The notes under the pieces: generated by a model | Database searches by the model: none | The model's input: the letters and a program-made list of their open reading frames with translations, nothing else | What the model was told of the DNA's origin: nothing | Source: Thainema sp. | GTDB lineage: Bacteria; Cyanobacteriota; Cyanobacteriia; Phormidesmidales; Phormidesmidaceae | Direction: 5' to 3' | Length of the DNA: 64,000 nt | Assembly: GCA_052168235.1 (NCBI GenBank) | Contig: JBQLZK010000001.1 | Coordinates: 295,791 to 359,790 of the forward strand | Program-made: the position numbers and the translations under genes | In this document: positions 29,997 through 38,884 of the stretch, in pieces | How positions within the stretch are numbered: the first letter of the stretch is position 1 | Layout of the letters: every line of letters begins with the position of its first letter

Positions 29997-30719
29997 ATGT
30001 TAAAGCGCATTGCTACTCCACTTGCGATCGCAACCACAACCTGCGCTGTGCTCCTGGGTTTGCCCAATATTGCTCAAGCCGCTGATTTACGATTCGCGGA
30101 TTTAGAAGGTGACGACGCCGAAGGAGTCTTTACTCCGCTGGTTCCGCGCAGTCCAGGCATCTATGGTCTAGAAGCGCGCGGTGGGCGTCCTGGCAACCGC
30201 GATTGGGAAATTGGCGTTGGCATCTGGACGAGTCAGCCCAATCCAGGTGGCCCTCGCAACTTCAATGAAGCCAATTTTGACTGGTCCGTACCGGGGCTGT
30301 TCGATTTTGAGATGAGCTGGCTAGACGACATCCTGTCCGTCACCATCGGCGGCAAAACGGTGCAATACGCGGCAGACTGGCTGATTGGTAACACTATCAA
30401 AATTTCAGCCGTTGGCGATGCTGTCTTCAACCTCGAGACGATTGACGATCAATCTTTACCCAGTAGTATCGCAGGCATTCCCGGCAATGGCACACTGCAA
30501 ACGTCCTATGTGACGGGCAATTTAGTTACCGATGGCTGGCTGATGACGGGCACAATTGATATCGCAAACGGCGGCGGTTCGCGCAATGAAGTGCTGATTA
30601 CAATGGGCAATTTTGAACCGGATGTGGCTGTCCCCGAACCCTCATCGGTCTTGGGCCTGTTGACGGTGGGAAGTGCGATAGCAGGTGGTAAGTTGATTCA
30701 ACGCAGAAAACTTGGTTAA
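29997..30719 (+). CDS. PEP-CTERM sorting domain protein
   Basis: Signal peptide ending AQA; C-terminal VPEPSSVLGLL, TM segment and RRK. Confidence 0.88.
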   Translation: MLKRIATPLAIATTTCAVLLGLPNIAQAADLRFADLEGDDAEGVFTPLVPRSPGIYGLEARGGRPGNRDWEIGVGIWTSQPNPGGPRNFNEANFDWSVPGLFDFEMSWLDDILSVTIGGKTVQYAADWLIGNTIKISAVGDAVFNLETIDDQSLPSSIAGIPGNGTLQTSYVTGNLVTDGWLMTGTIDIANGGGSRNEVLITMGNFEPDVAVPEPSSVLGLLTVGSAIAGGKLIQRRKLG

Positions 30720-30814
30720 AGGCTGTAGGAGGCTGTAGAGGGTGAAAAAACATAGTCGCTAGGCGGCTTGTAGAGGGCTGCTGAGTCGTACAACACGCAT
30801 CGCAAAGGTATGAA

Positions 30815-31432
30815 ATGAATGTACAGATTATCTTATTCGACGGATTTGATGAGCTAGATGCGATCGCACCCTTTGAAGTTCTGCGACATGCGGCAGCATT
30901 GGGTGCGGATCTGCAAGTTGATCTGGTGACGCTAGATGGCTTAGCTGTTACAGCCTCGCATGGCCTACAGGTGCAGCCCCACGCCAAGCTGGACGTTAAT
31001 CAAGACATTGATCTTTTGATCGTACCGGGTGGCGGTTGGGGCGATCGGGCTGAGCGAGGCGCATGGGCCGAGACGCAGAAAGGGGATATTCCTGGCGTCA
31101 TTGCTCATCTGCATCACAAGGGAGTTACCATTGCCTCCGTCTGTACAGGCGCGATGCTAGTGGCTACGGCAGGCTTACTCAAGCATCGCTCAGCGACAAC
31201 CCATCATGTTGCCAAAGCCGATTTAGCGAACGCAGGCGCTAATTTAGTGAATACTCGTGTAGTTGATGATGGCAATATTGTTACCGCTGGCGGCGTTACG
31301 TCTGGTTTGGACTTGGCGCTGTGGCTGCTGGAGCGGTTTTTTGATCCGCAGTTAGCCCATGCAGTTGAGCTAGAACTAGAGTATGAGCGTCGCGGCACCG
31401 TTTGGCGCTCAGTTTTGCGATCGCAAACTTAA
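30815..31432 (+). CDS. DJ-1/PfpI family protein
   Basis: FDGFDELDAIAPFEV, LIVPGGGW, ASVCTGA, TAGGVTSGLDL. Confidence 0.9.
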   Translation: MNVQIILFDGFDELDAIAPFEVLRHAAALGADLQVDLVTLDGLAVTASHGLQVQPHAKLDVNQDIDLLIVPGGGWGDRAERGAWAETQKGDIPGVIAHLHHKGVTIASVCTGAMLVATAGLLKHRSATTHHVAKADLANAGANLVNTRVVDDGNIVTAGGVTSGLDLALWLLERFFDPQLAHAVELELEYERRGTVWRSVLRSQT

Positions 31433-31536
31433 ATTTCTATCCTTGCAGATTGTGAACACTCTACAAATGCAGGGCTTGAGGACGAGCGCAAAATGATAGA
31501 TTGATCCTTTGGAAGACACCTCAAAGGGAATCATTC

Positions 31537-33474
31537 ATGTCAGCAGATGAGGCGATGCAACCTGAGTCAACGGCAGATGAGTTGGAAAATGTGGCTCCGC
31601 CTGATGATTTAGAAGATGCAGCAGAACAGCAAGATTCAGATGCCGATCCGGATTCAGCATCTGAGCCTGATCGCGTGTCAGAAGATGTTGCAGAGCCTCT
31701 GGTAGAGGATGTCTCAGAGGAAGATGCTGACTTAGCAGAAGATATTACGGCGGCTGACGCAGAAGCGGATTTAGAAGAGTCGGCAGAGAATATTGCTGTA
31801 GTGTCAGGAGACGTTTCAGGCGCAGACACCTCAGACATGTCCGATACATCAACCCCAATTGATACTTTTATTGATACTTCTGATGAGGTTTTAGACTATG
31901 CCGCTGAATCTGAGGGCGTAAATTATGAGCCTGAACCAACCAATCCAGACCAGGACATCTCAGATCAAGTAACCGCTACAGACATATCAGATGTATTGAC
32001 TACCGAAGCTGATACCGACGCAAATCCAGAAGCTCCAGAAACCTCAGAAGTTTCAGAAGTTTCAGACGCTTCAGATGCCCCAGAAGTATCCTATGAATCG
32101 CTAGCTGAGTCGTCAGCCACGCTGGCTGAAAATGAAGCGGCGGGTGCTGAAGAAGTCACTGAGGCAGCGGAAACGGCAGATGCATCGGCAGCAAAATCAG
32201 GTACAGAATCTGACACCGCTGCTCAAGATTCAGAACCAGAAAACATAGCGGCACCACCCGTCACGCCGTCGATTCCGGTTCAAATTTTGGAAACTTTGCA
32301 GACGATTTTGGGCGTTGTCCTACCGATTCTGCGCGCTGTCACTGTATTGGTACTTAAAATCACCATTCGAGTGCTGCAATTTGTGGTGGATTTATTGGAT
32401 GAACCTAAATCCGAGCCTTCCACCGCTAGCCAGTCTCCAACTAACGCCGCCAATATGCCAAGCGATGCACAGGATTTGACCTGGAATCAAGAAAGTCGGA
32501 CAGGTGCGATCGCATATTCAATGGCCGATTTGACTAATGCTGAAACGGATGACGAGGACGCTGAAGTCAAGCGGGTGCGGTTCACGATTGATGATATCTA
32601 CCAAGACGATGGGTCTCTGCGACCCTTGCCGGAGCGGCTGAAGGAAATTTGGCAAGACCTGATTCGAGTCATGCGAGCGCCCCTGCCCACCGCCATGAAT
32701 CAGCAAATTCCAGACAAGGTCTTTTCAGTCATCCTGGCAGCTGTACTGGCAATTGTAATTTGGAATCTGGCGGCGTTTATCCTGCCGTCTAAGTCCTCAC
32801 CGCGCAAGGTTCAAGTTACGAAACCTCAGCCGACTGAAGTCGGCCAACCGTCTGCGACCGAGCAGCCTAGAGCAGAGGAGCCTGCAACCGATACGACCAC
32901 TGAACCAACTTCGGCCCCCGATATTGCCCAACCGGCTCCTACTCCTACCCCAACTGTCCAACCCACTCCAGCGCCTACAGCGACCCCGCAGCTTGAGCTT
33001 GAGCCGCGAGATACGGTCATTGAGGCTATTCAACAGCAGGTGTCAGAAGTGACGCAGCGCTATGCCGATAACCTGATTCAATCGGTACAGGCCAACTTCC
33101 GCGACGGACGGTTAACGGTGCGGGTGAGCGACGATTGGTATCGCCTGGAGGCCAGTCGGCAAGATCAAGTGGTAACTGATTTATTGAAACGCACGAAAAA
33201 CCTAGATTTTGGCAAGCTGGAACTGCTCGATAGCCAGGACAACCGCGTCGCCCGCAACCCGATTGTGGGCAACAAAGTGCTGATTCTACAGCGCGATCGC
33301 ACTGACGTAACTGGCCCCATCGAAACCCCAATCAACCCCCCAGCCCCTGCAACCGAGCAAGCAGACCAGGTCGATCAAGTCGATCATTCTGCAGCCAATC
33401 ATCCTGAAGTCAATGCGGCGGAATCCCAGAATTCGACAGATGCGATTCCCGCAGCATCCACAGACAAGGCTTAA
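31537..33474 (+). CDS. Hypothetical membrane protein with a long acidic N-terminus and a conserved-looking C-terminal domain
   Basis: Acidic disordered region, TM segments, Pro/Thr linker, IEAIQQQV..YADNLIQSVQANF..WY.L..VARNPIVG. Confidence 0.75.
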   Translation: MSADEAMQPESTADELENVAPPDDLEDAAEQQDSDADPDSASEPDRVSEDVAEPLVEDVSEEDADLAEDITAADAEADLEESAENIAVVSGDVSGADTSDMSDTSTPIDTFIDTSDEVLDYAAESEGVNYEPEPTNPDQDISDQVTATDISDVLTTEADTDANPEAPETSEVSEVSDASDAPEVSYESLAESSATLAENEAAGAEEVTEAAETADASAAKSGTESDTAAQDSEPENIAAPPVTPSIPVQILETLQTILGVVLPILRAVTVLVLKITIRVLQFVVDLLDEPKSEPSTASQSPTNAANMPSDAQDLTWNQESRTGAIAYSMADLTNAETDDEDAEVKRVRFTIDDIYQDDGSLRPLPERLKEIWQDLIRVMRAPLPTAMNQQIPDKVFSVILAAVLAIVIWNLAAFILPSKSSPRKVQVTKPQPTEVGQPSATEQPRAEEPATDTTTEPTSAPDIAQPAPTPTPTVQPTPAPTATPQLELEPRDTVIEAIQQQVSEVTQRYADNLIQSVQANFRDGRLTVRVSDDWYRLEASRQDQVVTDLLKRTKNLDFGKLELLDSQDNRVARNPIVGNKVLILQRDRTDVTGPIETPINPPAPATEQADQVDQVDHSAANHPEVNAAESQNSTDAIPAASTDKA

Positions 33475-34319
33475 TGGCCACTGATTCTGCCCAATGGGCT
33501 AGCTGGTTAGCGTTGATGATTGGCAACTCACGGCTGCACTGGGCACTTTTCCAGGAAGACACGCTGGCCGCAGCTTGGAACACACCCCATTTAAGTTCAA
33601 ATCAGGTTGAACAGTTGACGGCTCAGCGGTTTGCGCCATCGGCATGGCAAGGTTTGGCCGAACTATCTCCAGCGATCACCCAGGCCATCCAGTCAGCCAC
33701 TTCTGCTGAAGCAATACCGCTCTGGCTCGCCTCCGTTGTCCCATCGCAAACCCAGCTCTGGCAGCCATATCTGGCAGTGCGAATCGTCCAGGCCCATCAG
33801 CTACCGATTACGGGCCTCTATCCCACAATGGGCTGCGATCGCATTTTAGCCCTCTGGGGAGCCGGACAAACCTATGGTTGGCCTGTGCTAGTTATTGACG
33901 GCGGTACTGCCCTGACGTTTACCACAGCCACTGCGGAACAGGAACTGTTAGGAGGTGCGATCGCACCCGGACTCCGCCTTCAGTTTCAAGCCCTCGCCCA
34001 ACAAACAGCCGCCTTACCCGATGCCTTTGAGTCACTTCCAGGAGATGCAGCAAAATCTCTCCCGCCTCGATGGGCGACCGATACGCCCACGGCAATTCAG
34101 AGCGGCATTTTACACATTGTGCTAGCCGGGGTGCAGGATTACCTGCAAACCTGGTGGGCGCAGTATTCTGATGCGGCTGTCGTGTTTACTGGTGGCGATG
34201 GAGAGTGGTTATGGAGACAAGTGCGATCGCGCTTTCCCTCCCATCACGCCCAGCTCCATCACAATCCTGATTTAATCTTCAACGGCATCCAGGCTTACCG
34301 CGCCTGGAGCCAAGCCTGA
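33474..34319 (+). CDS. coaX: Type III pantothenate kinase
   Basis: LMIGNSRLHW, ASVVP, YPTMGCDR, VIDGGTALT, GGAIAPG, T..AIQSG, TGGDG. Confidence 0.9.
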   Translation: MATDSAQWASWLALMIGNSRLHWALFQEDTLAAAWNTPHLSSNQVEQLTAQRFAPSAWQGLAELSPAITQAIQSATSAEAIPLWLASVVPSQTQLWQPYLAVRIVQAHQLPITGLYPTMGCDRILALWGAGQTYGWPVLVIDGGTALTFTTATAEQELLGGAIAPGLRLQFQALAQQTAALPDAFESLPGDAAKSLPPRWATDTPTAIQSGILHIVLAGVQDYLQTWWAQYSDAAVVFTGGDGEWLWRQVRSRFPSHHAQLHHNPDLIFNGIQAYRAWSQA

Positions 34320-35146
34320 AGCTGATTGATCAGGGGTTGCAGTCTCTCAGAGTCTGGAGAAGTCAGAGAATCCGATAAAACCGTCAGCTTGGCCTGCGGC
34401 AGCAACCGCCCATAGGTTTGACTCAGTTCCGCCTCAATTTGGGCATCATCCTCGCCGTAGCAGACCAGCACAGGCTTTTGCAGATGCGGCAAAGCTTCAT
34501 TCAATAACTCCGACTGAATCTCAGATCGACGCCGCCGAAACAGGATTTGGCAAGCCGTTTGGGATGTTTTCAACTGGCGTCGCCAAGCCAAAGATTTCTG
34601 CACAGATTTCCGCTGCCCCAGTCCCCGCGCAATCGGCTGAATCAAGCGCAGCAAACCCGCAAACCAGGAGATGCGACCGGATAGCAGCTTGAATTTCCAC
34701 CAGCGCTTGGCCAACGCCTTCGACGTCACCCCTTCCGGCACAATCAGCGCCAAACTCCGCACGCGATCGGGATACTTCAGCGCTAGCTGGGCACCAATCC
34801 AGCCACCCAGCGAGTGGGCCACAATATCAACCTGCTCCACGCGCAGCGCATCAAGATACTCATTCAGACACTCAACTTCTAGCGCCACAGAATAGTGATG
34901 CTGCGATCGCTCCGAGTCGCCAAAGCCCAGTAAATCCGGTGCCAAGCAGTGAAAGTTCTGCCCCAGTTGCTCCAAGAACGGCTGCCACTGTTCGCCATCT
35001 TGCCAAGACCCATGCAAAAACAGCAGAGTTGAGCCATTGCCATTGCCCACTTCCCGCCAGAACAGTTGCCCTTGGGATAAGCGCAAACGCAGGGTGCGAA
35101 TCGGCTGTGAAGAGGATAAATCAACTGCTGTAGGTGGTCGCACCAC
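34295..35146 (-). CDS. Alpha/beta fold hydrolase
   Basis: LFLHGSW, APDLLGFGDS, AHSLGG nucleophile elbow. Confidence 0.87.
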   Translation of the reverse strand: MVRPPTAVDLSSSQPIRTLRLRLSQGQLFWREVGNGNGSTLLFLHGSWQDGEQWQPFLEQLGQNFHCLAPDLLGFGDSERSQHHYSVALEVECLNEYLDALRVEQVDIVAHSLGGWIGAQLALKYPDRVRSLALIVPEGVTSKALAKRWWKFKLLSGRISWFAGLLRLIQPIARGLGQRKSVQKSLAWRRQLKTSQTACQILFRRRRSEIQSELLNEALPHLQKPVLVCYGEDDAQIEAELSQTYGRLLPQAKLTVLSDSLTSPDSERLQPLINQLQAWLQAR

Positions 35147-35244
35147 TAGTGTCTCCCTGATTCAATGCGTCATTCGGAAGCCAGTTCAAAACAAGCTTCA
35201 ATATGGTTAACAATACGATACTTTTCAAAAAGTTTCGATCATCA

Positions 35245-35312
35245 CTCATCCAGCCATCCACTCATCCACTCATCCACCCATTCACCCATCTACTCATCTC
35301 CCCATCCACCCT
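35245..35312. repeat. 8-bp short tandem repeat (CYCATCCA-like)
   Basis: CATCCAGCCATCCACTCATCCACTCATCCACCCATTCACCCATCTACTCATC. Confidence 0.75.
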
Positions 35313-35326
35313 GTCACTCAACACTG

Positions 35327-35800
35327 CTAAACCAGTCCAATTTGCCCAGTCAAATAATCCTGAAGCTGACGGGCGTGGTCGTGGGAGAGGGGTTCATTCG
35401 GTAAACCGTCGCTTGGGAAGGCTTGGATCTCGGAGATTTCTTGGATATCGTGAATAGCAAATTCACCTGTCACATCGACTGCGATCGCAACGCTGATGGA
35501 ATGAAAGCGGGGGTCGCGTTTGGGATGGGAATAGACACCAACTAAGCGCTGGACTTGTAGAACGGTCAAACCTGTTTCTTCCGCCAATTCTCGCGCTGCC
35601 GCTGTGATCACGTCTTCTCCCCAGTCAATCAGACCACCGGGTAGTGACCAGCGACCATTATCCCGTCGTCGCACCATGACGATGCGACCATCCGGTAATA
35701 CCGGAATCACAGTCGTTCCTAAGATAGGTCGTCGGAGAAAAAGCCCTAGAAGTGCCCTCGCGTAGCGCCGTACTTGCCCCATGCGAATATGAGTCTCCAC
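35327..35800 (-). CDS. NUDIX hydrolase
   Basis: Nudix box PGGLIDWGEDVITAAARELAEETGL; GVYS.P.RDPRFH. Confidence 0.9.
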   Translation of the reverse strand: METHIRMGQVRRYARALLGLFLRRPILGTTVIPVLPDGRIVMVRRRDNGRWSLPGGLIDWGEDVITAAARELAEETGLTVLQVQRLVGVYSHPKRDPRFHSISVAIAVDVTGEFAIHDIQEISEIQAFPSDGLPNEPLSHDHARQLQDYLTGQIGLV

Positions 35801-35818
35801 TTTGGATTTTCGGATTTT

Positions 35819-35920
35819 GTAGCCTTACGTAATCAAGTTAGGACAGATAGTTTTTGAGAAGCCGCGCCCCGTGCGGCTTCTCAAAAACTATCTGCTTGGT
35901 TCCAAGCGCATAGCGCTATA
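35819..35920. repeat. MITE-like palindromic repeat, family A-related copy 3
   Basis: TAGC..GTTAGGAC, hairpin CAGATAGTTTTTGAGAAGCCGC/GCGGCTTCTCAAAAACTATCTG, then GCGCATAGCGCTATA. Confidence 0.7.
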
Positions 35921-36032
35921 GATTCGGTATTGGTCATGAGGTCAGGATTGCGGTTTTCATAAAATGTCCACACAACCCAAAATCATTACCTTCGATCAAA
36001 CGTTTTTGCTTATCCAGATTGTGGCTGATGGC

Positions 36033-36503
36033 TTAGCTTAGTTCATCAAGAATCTGTGCAGGATGAACGTCTGGCTTAACCTTTCGGTAAATTTTTTCGA
36101 TGTTGCCCTCTGGATCAATCACAAACGTATGGCGAAACACACCCATAAACTCTTTGCCCATGAATTTCTTTAAGCCGTAGCTGCCGTAGGATTCAGCAAC
36201 TTTGCCACCTTCATCAATGAGCAGCGGAAACGGCAAACTGTGCTTGGTGATGAACTTGTTATGAGATTTGGCATCATCGGCACTTACACCCAAAACGACC
36301 ATGTCCTTTGCCTGAAAATCGGGGTAAACATCCCGAAAAGCACAGGCTTCTTTCGTGCAGCCAGGCGTATTGTCGCGGGGATAAAAGTACAGCACGACTC
36401 GCTTGCCCCGCAGGTCAGAAAGCGACACCGAATTGCCCTCTGCATCCGGCAGCGTAAAATCAGGAGCTGGATCACCAATGGATAGCTCAACACTAGTTGT
36501 CAT
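36033..36503 (-). CDS. bcp: Thioredoxin-dependent thiol peroxidase BCP/PrxQ
   Basis: VLYFYPRDNTPGCTKEACAFRD. Confidence 0.93.
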   Translation of the reverse strand: MTTSVELSIGDPAPDFTLPDAEGNSVSLSDLRGKRVVLYFYPRDNTPGCTKEACAFRDVYPDFQAKDMVVLGVSADDAKSHNKFITKHSLPFPLLIDEGGKVAESYGSYGLKKFMGKEFMGVFRHTFVIDPEGNIEKIYRKVKPDVHPAQILDELS

Positions 36504-36622
36504 AAGCCCAAATTTCTCACTCCTCACAAAAATGGCTTAACGGTTAAAATGACCGATTAGCAATGACCAACCGACCGTTGTTGACCAACAACTATATAAC
36601 CAACAGCTCCATTAACTAACAA

Positions 36623-37192
36623 CTATCGATTAACCAAACGCAGCAGATACAGCGCAATTGCGATCGCAGCAAAATGAGCCACTGCCGTATGGGTAGATGC
36701 CTGAACAATGAAGATATCAAGGGGCTGAATGTACTGGGTTCGATCTAGAGCGATGCCTGCCCCTAGCTGAGACAGCGATTTGACAAACAGCGAGCCGACA
36801 ATGATTTCTGCCCCCAATAGCGTGAGCAACATCCCCAGCAGGCTAATCAACAGCCCGATCTGTATTGCTTGTAAGACATCTTTCGGTTTGGGCCGACTGT
36901 TAGAGTCACCGAAGCGCAACTGTCGAGCCAGTCGGGAATAGCGGAAGGCCCACAGCGCACCCGCAAACAGCGCTAAAATGCCCCCAGTCGCTAGAAAAAG
37001 CCCCGCTCCTGTCCCTGGACTATTCGCTCCAGTGTTGGGTGCTGGACTAATGGTCAAGAGCAACAAAATGCCAGCGGCCACCACACCTAAAACGAGCTGA
37101 ATCCAAAAGCTAATCCAGCCGAATAGGCGAAAAGCTCCGGCGATGCGACGGACAGCAGGCGGCAGCGAACGAGGTTCAGATCGACCAGTCAT
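36623..37192 (-). CDS. DUF3611 family membrane protein (Tic21/PIC1-like)
   Basis: GWISFWIQLVLGVVA, four TM segments, LDIFIVQA..AHF. Confidence 0.82.
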   Translation of the reverse strand: MTGRSEPRSLPPAVRRIAGAFRLFGWISFWIQLVLGVVAAGILLLLTISPAPNTGANSPGTGAGLFLATGGILALFAGALWAFRYSRLARQLRFGDSNSRPKPKDVLQAIQIGLLISLLGMLLTLLGAEIIVGSLFVKSLSQLGAGIALDRTQYIQPLDIFIVQASTHTAVAHFAAIAIALYLLRLVNR

Positions 37193-37519
37193 TAGTTCTA
37201 AGGTTCAAATAGTGAGAGTTGAGAGAGTTGAGATGAACGGTGTGATGTAAAGCTCGAAACAACGCAACTATAGGGTTTAACGATAGCGTTTTAGTAGATC
37301 ATCATCAAGCGTTGCCGCGCAGCGATTCATGCAGACCGTCCAGAAGTGCGATCGCAGTAGAGCCTAAAGCTCACATTCTATCGCTGTAGGACAATACGAA
37401 CACCCTGCCTGAGACGCGATGCGTTATGTTTAACACAGGTGATGAGTGTTTGTACCTAAAGGCCAATTGACCAACAGAGATATCCCCGTTAAAGTCCAAA
37501 AGAAGACTCTATCGCTCCC

Positions 37520-38713
37520 ATGACAACATACGACTGGATTGTAATTGGCAATGGTTTGGCGGGGGCTGCTCTAAGCTACGAACTCGCAAAGCAAGGATTA
37601 TCCGTGCTGGTAATTGAGCAGCAGCCTGAGGCCGACAATGCAACACGCTGTAGCTACGGTGGAATTGCCTACTGGTCGGGAAAAACGGATTTGATGCGAC
37701 AGTTGGCCCAGGAAGGCATCGACCGCCATCATCAGTTGCCAGATGAACTGGATCATGCAACCGAGCTGCGGGAGCTTGATTTACTGCTGACCATTTCGCC
37801 AGAGAGCGATACCGAATTACTGGCGCTAAGCTACGCGGAATGCGTTAATCCGCCGATTTTGCTGGATAGAGGGCAAGCCTGTGAGATGGAGCCACTGCTC
37901 AATCCGGCAGCTATCTCGGGTGCGTTCACTGTCCAACATGGCCATGTGCGACCCACGGCGATTGTGGAAGCCTACAATCACGGATTTCAGCGACTGGGTG
38001 GCCAGATCCGATTTGAGCGGGTGATTCGCTGTACGCGCACGGGCAACCGGGTGACGGGTGTTGAAACCACCAGAGGTCTAGTCTCTGCCGATCGAGTTGC
38101 GATCGCAGCCGGAGGACTGAGCCGCAGCCTCCTCCAGCAGGTTGGTATCACCGTCCCTGTCTACTTCACCCATGCCGAGGTGATTAAAACTCCACCCGTT
38201 GATTTAACCCTGCAAACCTTGGTCATGCCTGCCCAGTTGCAGCGCTTCCAGCTTGAGAAAAAAGCTGGAGACATTGCTCACGACCAGCAGTGGAACCAGG
38301 CAGAATCGGCAATCAACAATACAATTTTGGATGCGGGCGTGGTGCAGTTCGCTGCTGGCGATTTGTGCATAGGCCAGATCAGCCGCATCTTGACCAATCC
38401 GCAGGCTGAAATTGATCCTGCCGCCAGCGAAGCCCATCTGCGTCAGGCAATTGGCCACGTTTTGCCCACGCTCCAGTCTCTAGCCGGAACCTGGCATCAC
38501 TGTCTAGTTGCCTTCAGCGGCGACGGAGTGCCGCTGGTCGGCCATATCCCCAATCTCGAAGGCGCTTATCTATTTTCTGGCTTTAGTAATCCCTTCGCGA
38601 TCGTACCTGCGATCGCACCTCGCTTCGTGCAGTGGACGGCAACCCAAACCGATCCGCTCATTGAGCAAATGCAGCCGACCCGGTTTGCTTCAGCATTGGC
38701 GGCTCAGTATTAG
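37520..38713 (+). CDS. FAD-dependent oxidoreductase (DAO family)
   Basis: YDWIVIGNGLAG, ATRCSYGG, AFSGDGVPLVG, FSGFSNP. Confidence 0.87.
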   Translation: MTTYDWIVIGNGLAGAALSYELAKQGLSVLVIEQQPEADNATRCSYGGIAYWSGKTDLMRQLAQEGIDRHHQLPDELDHATELRELDLLLTISPESDTELLALSYAECVNPPILLDRGQACEMEPLLNPAAISGAFTVQHGHVRPTAIVEAYNHGFQRLGGQIRFERVIRCTRTGNRVTGVETTRGLVSADRVAIAAGGLSRSLLQQVGITVPVYFTHAEVIKTPPVDLTLQTLVMPAQLQRFQLEKKAGDIAHDQQWNQAESAINNTILDAGVVQFAAGDLCIGQISRILTNPQAEIDPAASEAHLRQAIGHVLPTLQSLAGTWHHCLVAFSGDGVPLVGHIPNLEGAYLFSGFSNPFAIVPAIAPRFVQWTATQTDPLIEQMQPTRFASALAAQY

Positions 38714-38759
38714 TGAGAGCTTGAGGAGAAGGCTGTAGAGGGCTTGTAAAGACTCAGCT

Positions 38760-38825
38760 CCCATCCATCCAAACCTAACACCCAGCAGCCAAAACCTAGA
38801 ACCCAGCACCTAGCACTCAGCACTT
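38760..38825. repeat. STRR-type heptamer repeats
   Basis: AACCTAACACCCAGCAGCCAAAACCTAGAACCCAGCACCTAGCACTCAGCAC. Confidence 0.6.
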
Positions 38826-38884
38826 TTCACCCTATCCGAACTTATATTGCGCCATAGAGAACAGCGTGAATTGGCGGGCACTCT